From Candidatus Obscuribacterales bacterium (GTDB lineage Bacteria > Cyanobacteriota > Vampirovibrionia > Obscuribacterales > Obscuribacteraceae): a DNA stretch of 64,000 bases. The position numbers were made by a program, and so were the translations under genes. Within the stretch, counting starts at the first letter, position 1. Each line of letters opens with the position of its first letter. The notes beneath the pieces were generated by a model. It was not told the origin of the DNA. It saw only the letters and a list, made by a program, of their open reading frames with translations, and did no database searches. The stretch covers positions 1,472,001-1,536,000 of the forward strand of contig CBDDIJ010000003.1 of the NCBI GenBank assembly GCA_965228855.1, in the 5' to 3' direction. Positions 23,201 to 27,040 of the stretch are shown here, piece by piece.

Positions 23201-24821
23201 CCCAACCTTCGGCCTTAACAACACCGGTCAGGTCGTTGACATCGACTGTCGTGAGACCCTGACCGGCATTAATATTTAAATTTTTGCTGAGAAGATCGCC
23301 GCCGATGACATTGGCGTCTAGTCCGTCTACGTTTCCAGGAGCTCTGACGTTAATGTCGCCTTTAAGTGCCTGAAGTTTTCCGCCGTCGTTGTTCACGTTC
23401 ATAACGGTGCCGACAGGTGAGTCGACTGTAATGTTGCCCTTCGTCGCAGATGCAACTCCGGTGTTCGTGATGTCAGAAGAGTTGAGAGAGAGGTTATCTT
23501 TCGCTGTCGTGTTGCCAGAGTTTTTGATGGCACCACCGGCGGTGATATTCAAGTCGCCGGACGATTTGATTTCGCCAAGGTTTGTGAAGTTCTGCTCAGC
23601 ATTGAGAGAGAGGTCGATCGCGTCGGCGCGGTTGCCATGCTTGTTGCCAGCGTCGGACGAGATTAACGCGCCTTCATTGTTCGTGATGTTGACGGCGCTG
23701 ATTTCGCCGGAAAAGCGACCCTTCTCTGAAGCGACTGCGTAAATCGAGCCATTGTTAACCAGATCGCCTGTGAGTCTGAATGAAGAATTTTTCGTAAGGT
23801 TGCCGACAGCAGTAACGCCAGAAGCGACGGTCAAGCCATCTGCCTTCATTGTGTTTCTCGTAGCGGAAACTTGGCTCAGATCTACCGTGCCACCAGTTGC
23901 GATACCACTACCATTGACGACTAATTCTTGTTTGCCGCCAGTCAAAACTTGCTTGACTGCTACGTACTCAGCTGCGCTTACGGATGAACCAGCGTAGATG
24001 TTTTTCTTCTCGCCACCGACTTCGATGGTGACGAAAGCACCATCAGCAATCAATCTGTCGCCGATGGTGATGTTGCGCGTTGAAGCTGTAAGGTCGAGGT
24101 TGGCGCCGTTGTCGAGTTTAATCAGAGCGCCTGCGTTTTCTTGGACAACGAAACGCGAGAGCTTGTCGTTTTTGTGTTCCTGAATTCTTGCAGTTCTGTC
24201 TTCTTTGGTCTCGCGAATGCGTTGGACGGAAACCGGTTGCGTGACCATGCGTGATTCACGGGGACCACGGTCTGCTCTTCTGTCTTCACGAGCTTGTTGG
24301 CGGTCTTCTCTACGTGCTTCCCGGTTCGCTTGGCGTATAGAGCCCTTCGTCGCGCCCTTGAGGTCTCCAATTGGGTTAGTAGACGCCTGGATCTGAACGA
24401 TGTTGCCGGCGCTCGCGTTGATCTGACCCGATGTCGTGGTAGTAGCGAACCCATTGCCCCCTACGATGTTGATGTTTCCACCCGTGTTGACGCCTCCACC
24501 GGGTAACGGCATGGCGTTTATGGTGGCACTAGTGTCTACCTGCGGCACCTGGATAGGCTGCGTGGTGAAGACTGGGTTCGGCAGTCCTCTACCCGGAATG
24601 CCGGCAGCGCGGTTCTCCTGGCGGAATTGTCGCCATTCTTGTCGGGTCATCTCGCCACGCATCGCCTGGTCCAGGGCTGCTGCCTGGGCGGGGAGGGCTA
24701 GGTTCGACGATACAAGGAATAAGCTTGCGGTAAACAGAGCCATCACTCTGGTGAATCTCGTGAACTGAGACACCGAGTAGGTTTCATTTTGCTTTTGCTT
24801 AGACATGTTTTTCACCGACAT
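2274..24821 (-). CDS. Giant (~7,500 aa) secreted beta-strand-repeat protein, haemagglutinin/adhesin-like
   Basis: One uninterrupted 22.5-kb ORF. It has a signal-peptide-like segment (RVMALFTASLFLVSSNLALPAQAA), G/T/N/A/V/I/S-rich beta-helix-type repeats (GNxTLxA, GDIxLxA) and a distinct globular C-terminus. The start is uncertain (ATG at 24806, 24821 or 24836). Confidence 0.88.
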   Translation of the reverse strand: MSVKNMSKQKQNETYSVSQFTRFTRVMALFTASLFLVSSNLALPAQAAALDQAMRGEMTRQEWRQFRQENRAAGIPGRGLPNPVFTTQPIQVPQVDTSATINAMPLPGGGVNTGGNINIVGGNGFATTTTSGQINASAGNIVQIQASTNPIGDLKGATKGSIRQANREARREDRQQAREDRRADRGPRESRMVTQPVSVQRIRETKEDRTARIQEHKNDKLSRFVVQENAGALIKLDNGANLDLTASTRNITIGDRLIADGAFVTIEVGGEKKNIYAGSSVSAAEYVAVKQVLTGGKQELVVNGSGIATGGTVDLSQVSATRNTMKADGLTVASGVTAVGNLTKNSSFRLTGDLVNNGSIYAVASEKGRFSGEISAVNITNNEGALISSDAGNKHGNRADAIDLSLNAEQNFTNLGEIKSSGDLNITAGGAIKNSGNTTAKDNLSLNSSDITNTGVASATKGNITVDSPVGTVMNVNNDGGKLQALKGDINVRAPGNVDGLDANVIGGDLLSKNLNINAGQGLTTVDVNDLTGVVKAEGWGTHVTASTANLKLGEICMTGDPTFYNDAVNGDITITGNITSSEALSIIASRDIIIDNTVTSITAQDGGGVGQQINLVAGAQIDASGATGGTSTTLPPGTPITLGSVLVTGPSGTGGSITGGAPTLLIGSSGTGSNAGGEINLIAFAVGGVAGDITLATGSTINSSAGDTSAAAGSINVSAGGDIQLGSVLATGSAASGNVLVRNTNADAGAGVTYAVNGTATGSYDILVNPVTAGSTAIGAVTTSGTETIDAGTGGLTINGTHSADGAIAISSAAGLTSTGALSITSTGSTVDVNANSIATSGALNITGDGAVDVDAGAGAITTTTGALTIQSTTSTTTVFAGSIDTANGDLDIIGAGAVAVTTDGAAGINSGTGAITITSNTSNTTVTMGVGSMTTTSATGDILIGGGANAVNTTVTGAAITTTGGDVSILGETGTVAVTLTGALSTGNGLINIDSNGLAATLSAASVTTTNGSVTVSGNNGTSGIASTGAISTGGGALTVNSANVAADAYITAGSISTAGGAVDVDSQNDVTINLGAGTLTTASGNVTVDAGGDVSLTASSVDAGSGSFNVNTSTGNGGFSTTATAFTSGSFTVNLGTGNFTKTGVGNVSITTDAYSTTVGTFSVGSNALTITTRTAGTTIGLNGGAGVLNIDATELGDIIATALNIGTSGVGGSGTITNAGSQDLSGTPGTTAGAYDLVLTSNADILGGGNYTLGGQNFTATANGAVTLGNITGGTGTAQIDISANSGNLTLGDLTNADGTIDVDASGTVNVGTITTVAGVVDVDAGGTATVAAITKTGAGAITVDGTSVTVTGATSSNAGGSVTYTNTSGLIQTGSITTTGGLIDLGNGTGTTITTGALQTAGGNINIDAGTALLIDSIAATAGGTVTLDAGTSVTVTNNITGSATSLVVNNTNGLIQAGNITTNGLVDLGGAGTTSISVGAVDSGAGLVDLDTTGTVQATSITTTGAVDIDAGQAVTVSGATSGNTGVAIDSVNSSINVGAVTTVGGTIDLNTAPGGTTITTGALQTNGGNIDIDAGTAVQIASINALNGGAYTIDAGTNVTLVGAVTGNAASLTIGNTAGSINTAGITTNGDIDLGNAGTTSITVAGALSANAGAITLDGSAAIGVTGAITTTGSVAANGASISYLTIGGPTSSVLLNATGGQVNGGTITSVGGINLDATTSITTGNLAGLSVDADAASISVGTVTTTAGGSVVLTATGGSVVASTIDAADGSVDVDATTTVNLGDVTTTGAVTIDGNTGVTTLNIGGPASSVVINSTSGAISTGTINSAGLIDVGGATTTSVQTSNLTAGAAGIDIDTAGQANIAAATTTGALNILAGTNIVVPGAINADLGATLTGTAGFINVTGNITTTSGGITANAGGSTVTIANLQTSGGSVDVDAVTSVQLGTVTAGAGNINVDAGTTSNLGVLANTGTIAVNSGTNATIAGINNAAGSPVYPGPFQVSVVSGNSTTLTGDIDGGTGNILIQGTTGDVTLQNANLTTGTLVIVAGNNTSASNLQTTAGGVDIQSGNNTTVTTITTTTGNIDIDSGNDTTITTVTTTGGMLNVNSGGQTTIGTINIGDDVIIVSDNDINIGTTTTLGDIFLYSGANINVLGTLTADPIVMTAAINVNLGGSLVADDGITVVAGQNIQNTVGGITINGNGVTDGGNITMVAGADFTEVPATSVTINGASVTGGSILLTAVAGFGNITANGANGTGGDITLSAFSNGFSGGQVLLPVTSGIVSTGSAANASGDVFVVAGAVSGQAVQIGSITQSTATNGAAGASTIIQSATPQSGQVIANDASYSGQFEGGALTAADIRIGNMTNRGGAVQVNSLANVGLGIVNVSGTATTNAGSINISASGSDVFDIGVLAGSNFAQGLLANGGTTGPGGTINVTNLGSTGIRTVAGLSITTTAGAGGSLSLNADQGTISLASGTYSVNGAGAGNAAGDISLTAAGYLVTGGGAATLQSLAGVGGAGGTVSIIGTGSSDLTLGTGAGQLSISMSGTGSDLDVSVGGNLTVANTSNLTADVVQLSTTLAGSDLTINGTINSADQVTLNSADAIAVNNAVTATNQITATANGSINGSGSLVGTNVALYSAGGNIGNSSASRLNVNATNLVANAQAGSAFINDSAGGVAISANSGAANTFDLQANGAVSNNAGATVTANDVVLRSTGSTVTLNDLVTGTATATIRGNGAITTAGAGQVNGGTVNLTSDAASVGTSAASRFQVDANNLVVNATAGDAYLNDVNNVNIGPGSSVVVAAYDLTASGDISSSGTITAQDVSLRTFGSFFLNSTIVGNTSISLRSNNSITNANLGGATLTTPRLNLNVDNGSIGSSSVSRLNIDANNLNAVATNGSVWITDANDVTIVGATNASNGNFDIAAANNLSTAAGSTITSTTGSVLLRATAGSINTAGAITANTAGQSVTLRAGQSLLNGQVGGTFTTPTLNLISDNGNIGASTASRFDIGLGVANVTANAAAGSVFLTTASTVNLGAGTSSALNTFDVLTTGAADLTTSGAISATTVNLTAANNLTTNAAVTATGDATLTAANDIATNAAVSGNNVAYIATAGGVTLGGATTGTTSISITSNDSIVNASISGGLTAPQITLVTNNDVGVNAATRLDLNATNLTVNATGGVFINDTAGGVNFSGANTSGGAFDVTANGDISNSGTLNTGSLTLAATGAGSDILINNQVAANGLLSFTANGAGGQIAISANVTATAAIAMSADGDLTTGIGASVSNGGSINLNSNNGDIGTSALSPFVVDANLLQATAPNGNVWIADANAVTIANITGLSLAGQTFDVYANGNLTVDGATSISANDVVLRAGGATGVLTLNGAVSGTTSATLRAAGDIAPGSLGGPANVTAAQVNLISDNGNIGTNAGSRLIIDATNLTANAAGSVFVEDNSGGVNIGAGSSSAGGTFDVVASVGNLTTSGSITAANVILTSDVGSATIGGVITSTGLLQIAADQAVTVNAAVNGGVVQLISDNAGVQLNAQATGTTSVLVNSADDITNATIVGGLSAPLITLISGDNIGSVGDRLNVDAVNLSVTAANDVFVTDSNSVNITSGVAGGIFDVLATNNLTSTGSITGNNVVLRAQTGSLGLGANVNGTTSVTLRSFNGMTNLNFTTITTGAGGTINLISDNGDIGTSPTSRLTLDADNLTANAANGSVYILDTDSVNLGAGSSSAANNFDLVAAQNITNDGIVSANNVSLRATAGTLTLGALINGTTSVSLRSGGDITDAAVVNVVSDQINLTSDNGNIGTSVNPLNIDALNLTANAFNGNVFVNDANNITIGGGTSNALNTFSVTAGSNLSTTGTITAADVVLTASTGSLFINALITGGNSISLTQALTMTNANIVAALVSPQINLTSTGGSIGTGTFNRLVLDAASISFNAAGSVFYQDPNTVNVSGATASGTIDILANNDLSTSGLVAGNNIVFTSTLGDVNLNGPTTSTTNVTVTAGDDINVNAPIAGTVLAFDATGDINFNASVLGTTSLTAVAGDNIDVNATIGAPVVSLTANTGNVTIDAASGATNSFTVNAGNNIDINAAVAANDIALTTTSGDVNINALTSAVNTVSVDAGDDINTTAAVNGAIVSFDATNNINLNGNVLGLTSVSLNAGDTITQGVANSVAGGALSVTFVNGPVTLNTAVTSLTSNAAGQTLTINENNEITLLGQNLGTLNVTAGIVSAGNIFVQNALNLDALSLVDLNGDVVLNASTTTTGNTSFDASGTITQNAGVVTADQLNLLWGTGNVTLATEVNSLSANGGTNSLTINEATSIDIVNLLVGAATINAGGNISTSASFPNAISALTGNLALNATGDIILGSDVSAVATAILNAGGTITQNTGTVSANTLDLTWVTGAVELDTAANNLNANAAGQDLTINNAGGINILNINLNALTVNAGLTTAGDLIVVNPLTVPGPLVLNNAAGDIILNAGITSLSAELTASGTLTQTAGVIETGSLILTWGTGAVTLDTSVDYLVATSAGNSLTIDQTGDIVLGGIVLNSLTVTAASDIETSVDFTVTNLNLTATGGSINLNSNVNVTNVANLVADNTITQGAANVFGGEGTLNLTWQTGDVTLTTAIDTVTAAGSVGGALTINEQTGITIGTITNIADLTVSAGQVTAGDIDVAQALNLDTLTLSTDGNIGMNVNISAGTSASFLASGDILQTGGTITTPDLTVGYIGLAGGTVTISDTTNNGADQSITVVGLKDASITSNETGIVTLQASTGNSLVIDAADSSQFVFGGDSAAATNLTVTADNVLNENTQTATTITIQSLTGDLTVDGGAGGNWVAFAGGTNFSAFQNLNLDGIQDITGNATFSSGVGFAINVLATADVEATGSITLNTCNLNLAGILIGNPIYFNCPLGAGTIANSNGDVLLTSDLIFTGLDLAIIASGSIIENGITVIDLSNAGGDGGSLTLLAGFDFTPATLGQVGPDSVLYTITGNSGTGGSIQLGTTNITTASTGILGDGGNVFAAASGGSVELNNVDTSAALGAGGNVTVTGENGITVNGNINSSAIGSGNVSLAVGTSVVNGQVLIGNGEMFGTGSIDFGTATAGSILVSGDLNAGDATATLLGALTAVDTINVNGTLTADTLNVNAGDGNTTVVSSNVLNLNSTSNGAVAIQNNTGDLAIGTVTGANQNLFVVNNGTIDVNSAMSIGALTLIQNSIGAEGISISAAVTTSSGISLTNAGTNSITVGGALNAGGNITIAQNGVGGADVLINASLTTTGGNIDIDSADVISTLAGTSINSAGTLDLFAVGSILIGGAGAVSSGSNMSIVSLAGDVVFGTNNVTSGGTTDISGGNVTTGGDVISTGVMNITATTGEVVLNDALSGLSDINVLAVTNVVFNPGINAIGTLGNVSVEATNGSISLNGVDTQIDGFDVILTAGTDISATGAQSLSLNALNNLTINAPIDLTGGLVLTGESVTANGNISADAGISIGVKSSPFTTNGDITSLGDIFITTNVLENTNSITGANVYIQSFAGNGVTVDGSAGPGGLITATGVIEVTGTGGDATFLGEQTFDAPDTAFTSATNFAVVIGLGADVTVTGTLDLNTCNLVLLGSLTAPIINFNCPLGAGTIANSIGNVDLTGVGALNFSGLDLAILAQGNVLAGTNTSINLSSSTGDGGDLLVVAGFDFTPATGGQVNFSPTLFTITGTSTSGGNIDFTGLTINTGSTFAGGNGGSVTLVANGGLTNAGTITTEAITTTGDNNGGAVTIIGESDIHLNGTVNTTGTNGTGGDVTLAVAQAFLAPGPSTQVGNGELLQGGFAVGAASLGELLAGTINAGNGNVAITSSSGGFDTTSIADLTANSVSFTVGDGSAIVDTSAISNLNVTSYGSGSGYVELTDNHASITLTSNAGSNDVSVSITNNANIAVGAGAHTYGLLDLNGSLVTVNGDIDASSNVTANGAAGVAVNGSIISDATVSLAATIMGNVVISGPVTGASVNLATNSSFGNIFIDGVVTANAIGGAITITTNGGGVSQTANVDADILNLNLTNGGTVNLSNALNSVDALNVNAAGAASVTFVDSVALTLTATSNAAQDLNVSTTGTLDLASAIVANDVVLSGATLDVDNTVNATNATLTATAGDLTITSSVTATGNATLTSDAGDVIVNAAVSGDVTDISTGIGSGGLIFLSADVTGTTSVDLVSDGGLTQVAGTIFGGDLGVAFNTGAATLTTDVASLDSIVNGTSLTVNEANAITLGANLGTDLTVNTTNGSIDTTVPLSFANLNLNAGGLGSDLNLGADVTGSTTIVLTANDAIVPAIGTVINGGALTLNFGNLGPTVLGTNVASLTTNNAGGDLTIINTGDIVLNGQDVASLSVTALNGDITTAAALTGLNTLSLTAGGSNDINLNGGAVSATTLNLTAAGGNVTQNATSSITATTLNLDVDATADLDQVANNVSTLNASGAGNVFLDNGANALTIGTVGAAQSLTITNGAGGITIGADLTTTGDLQLTTNTLTNSGFAVNANMITVSSEAGQGLTVNGGAGVNVAQYGATNGVFFNATLDNLVLNGNTTFTSIAELSALNGTDMIVISTGANVIGQQQLTVNTCNLILQGILVGNPLVWNNPCGNGTIANSTGDVNLLGDIIYNGQDLAILASGSINAAGATVINLTNSSGNGGNLTLMAGYDFTPATPGQVTNGNVEYTISGYSASGGNINLGGLNVITNGSAGSSGGNVVAVANGGGSAAGNITIGDITSNGDNGGNLQVIAEGAIDLGAVNLNGTIAGGNATISTATPSNGAGITVFNGIVTGTFTAGANLGGSVTFDSIDTNNGGDVTLVANLNTGTAGTVTGDVVTLTSSSDIGVDAANRFTVNANTVTGTAVGDAFIRNTNTAASTLGAITVATGGTIDAYFTGDLATGAQTAGVIELRTDGAFNVTGVLNGSTSIGLTSGTDLTNTQVAAANLVTPLLTLRTSNNADIGSTGTAFQVGAGVGEIRIDTATNGGDSAFVTSLATGGVNLGASTATNDLFFSANGPLTVIGNVTNVDGNINITGGSGTLRINDGVTVQANSPGSNGNVFIGNAINGGSKQSTFITFGDGAQIIGNAAVKPGGNVTIQMGELTTRVRTLTNPPRNVTYNAINGGVIQGGKSAKPFYAGRNGDPANTITADNATVFISNTLKNKNIILEGNVLIQADPPSVAGEAATTNAYLPNGGSFETVANKANDGLTTNTASSTEATFANTMLNTMFNSNAGVMANTAIGTDLNATATAAGVGNGAGSTVTAADTTLVGGVATTGEDNSYMVGGYGPTAQADASICSDVELGVSGNEVAKTAHSNRVVLKKGNVLFVPFQDTVVETPHGNVTIEAKSVALVSISNDKLAVYDIEDSHKGSVSVNAHGQTITLAPGNHVTVAHATAGEFAQVNAIEAIPHRNVATKTIKAGVKAHTSEFSVASAISSIKPLQLVMCSKHPQAKQVANKMMKTTAILLHMGGKGEFQHYFKPAMTAMAK

Positions 24822-26089
24822 GGAAAATACGTGCATAGTGACGAAGCCCAGAAGACTACGTCTTCTAAGCCTGAATTGGGATTCCAAGTAACTTGAACTC
24901 GCACCAGTGATGGTTTCGCGAGCGGGATGCCGTTCAGTCCGCCCCGAACTGGCTGTCGACTGAAGTGGTTAGGACTCTAACATGGGTTTCTGAAGGAAAG
25001 ATATCACCCGGTTCGTTAAGTTTATTTTGCCATTTACTTTCGGGTTACCCCTTTTAAAACCGCAGACCATACTCCCGTTTGCGAATGGATAAAAATGCGA
25101 GCTTCTTTCGGGTTCCAAAAAACTTTGTAACAGATTGTAATTCGATGGGAACAAGCATGTTAGAAATACGTAGAAGAAAGATCTTTCCCTTCCCCTATAT
25201 ATAGGGTGTAAATACTAAAATTGCCGAGGAGGGCTACGTAGAAACCGCATCTATGAGGGTTCCAGGGGTTGTCTCAGATTAGAGGGAAGTAATTCCATGG
25301 AATTTTTGCAGGGCTTCATTTCACTTCGTTTAAGAGAAGTCGGATGGAGTGAGCACTGGATATGGTGGCATGATGATTCAAAGCCGTTGGAGTTAAGACT
25401 GTTCATATCCTCCGATCAGATTCGATAAAAATGCCTTTCGTACTTATATTTCGTACTTATATATGGATATAGCGAATTTGCCTTTGAGCTCATTGCCTTT
25501 CTTGTAGTCTTTCTCGGAGAGTTATCACCCAGTCAGACTGACCGTAAACTTTTGTGATGCAGTGGACGCGAAAAGTTACCGCGCAAAAGTGGGGGAACGC
25601 GAAGCGGGCTTAAGTCCTCCGTCCGCGCGTTTCAGTCTAATGACAAGTCACCCAAAATTCTCTCGGAATGCCAGAGATAGTTGCCACTATATTTGATACC
25701 AAACCAGCAGTGACTTTTGGGCGAACCAACCAGGACTCTTCTACTCGAAATTTTTTCAGGCTTTCTGGCTACAGGTGTTTACCGCTGTGCGATTTCGCGA
25801 ATCGCACAGCGATTGGATTTATGGTGAAGAGCGTAGTCGGTTTCACTTAAAAACGGCAGGCAATGCGCAATCGGAATAGCGCGCGAAATGGTCGAGTTAT
25901 TTATCAGAGAAGACTCTCCGCGTTGTTCATGATGCGCAGCGTCTCGTTGCTTATCTCAGCGCGCATAACATCCTTAGATGTTAGGAGTTTAAAAAAGGAC
26001 GTTGGGAAGAACGCAAGATCGCTGATATATAATCTGTACTCTCTCTATATCCTATTTATATTTTCGACGGTGGAGGATTTCAGATCACT

Positions 26090-26653
26090 ATGCGCAATTC
26101 CATTTTAGGTAGTTCACTCCTGGCGGCCCTTATCGCAGTTTCTCTAACCGGTGCAGCAAATGCTCAAGGCAAATCAGCTACATCTACGACCGTAAAGATC
26201 GGTTATTTCAATCTCGCGTTGGTCAAGGCCACCACACCCGCAGGTGATTCTGAAGGTCTGAAAGCTCAAGCTGAGAAAAACCTCCGCGCCGATATCGAAA
26301 CCGGACAAAAGGCAATCGAGAAAGCGAAAGCCGATAAGAAGACCGAAGAAGAAATCAAGACAATGGTCAAGCAAGTTCAAACCGAACTCGCGGCCAAGCA
26401 ACAAGCTCTTGCACAACTCGTTCAAGCAGCTACCCTGCAAGACACTCAACGTCTTGTAGGCGCAGTCAACAACGTAGCAAAGAAGAAAGGTCTCGACCTG
26501 ATCGTTGATGCTAACGCTGTTTACGCCGGTGGTAAAGAAGTGCTCGACAAGGGCGTCGACGTAACCTCCGAGGTAGTCGAAGCTATGGGCGGCAAAGCAC
26601 CTGAAAAAGCTGCTGACAAAACGGCTGAAGCTGCTGGCAAAAAGACCGAGTAG
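26090..26653 (+). CDS. skp: OmpH/Skp family periplasmic outer-membrane-protein chaperone
   Basis: Signal peptide, KIGYFN start, long K/Q/E/A coiled coil, and the C-terminal motif VAKKKGLDLIVDANAVYAG...DVTSEV. Confidence 0.85.
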   Translation: MRNSILGSSLLAALIAVSLTGAANAQGKSATSTTVKIGYFNLALVKATTPAGDSEGLKAQAEKNLRADIETGQKAIEKAKADKKTEEEIKTMVKQVQTELAAKQQALAQLVQAATLQDTQRLVGAVNNVAKKKGLDLIVDANAVYAGGKEVLDKGVDVTSEVVEAMGGKAPEKAADKTAEAAGKKTE

Positions 26654-26702
26654 TTCTGCCATTTGTGCGTGAAAAACACGCATGAGTGAATCCAAAAATT
26701 TG

Positions 26703-26740
26703 AAAGCAACGGGTATTGTGCCTGTTGCTTTCTTGTTTGT
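26703..26740 (+). terminator. Intrinsic terminator after skp
   Basis: Hairpin AAAGCAACGGGTA-TTG-TGCCTGTTGCTTT followed by a T-rich tail. Confidence 0.7.
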
Positions 26741-26985
26741 TGGCTCGTTTCACTCGGTCAGCTGAGATCGATTGTCCAAATTCGCGGGTTTGGACTATAT
26801 GCGTTGCATATCTAATGAATATTCAAAGTAGTACTTTTGAGTATTCAAAGTGCTCATACAGAATATTCGCCTTGTTGTATTTGTTCAGCACTTGAAGATG
26901 CAAGTCTAGTTCCTGGTATATGCAAAATATATGCAATTAATATCTAATGGACCCCTAAAGCATAGCGGGCAGGATGGAATTCGCT

Positions 26986-27013
26986 GATCGTAAACCGATA
27001 TCGGTATACGATC
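26986..27013. repeat. CCGATATCGG palindromic repeat, single full-length copy
   Basis: GATCGTAAACCGATATCGGTATACGATC, a near-perfect 28-bp palindrome. Confidence 0.9.
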
Positions 27014-27040
27014 TCACAATGGCTCTAAAGCACCGCGGGC

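Noticed and set aside
2265..24768. Dozens of plus-strand ORFs (up to 425 aa) opposite the giant gene
   Set aside because: They are antisense shadows of biased codon usage in the repeat protein, with V/P/L/T-rich translations and no family motifs.
24890..25640. c-di-GMP or other riboswitch upstream of the giant adhesin-like gene
   Set aside because: Hairpins are present, but I could not match a known riboswitch consensus by eye. An Rfam scan is needed.
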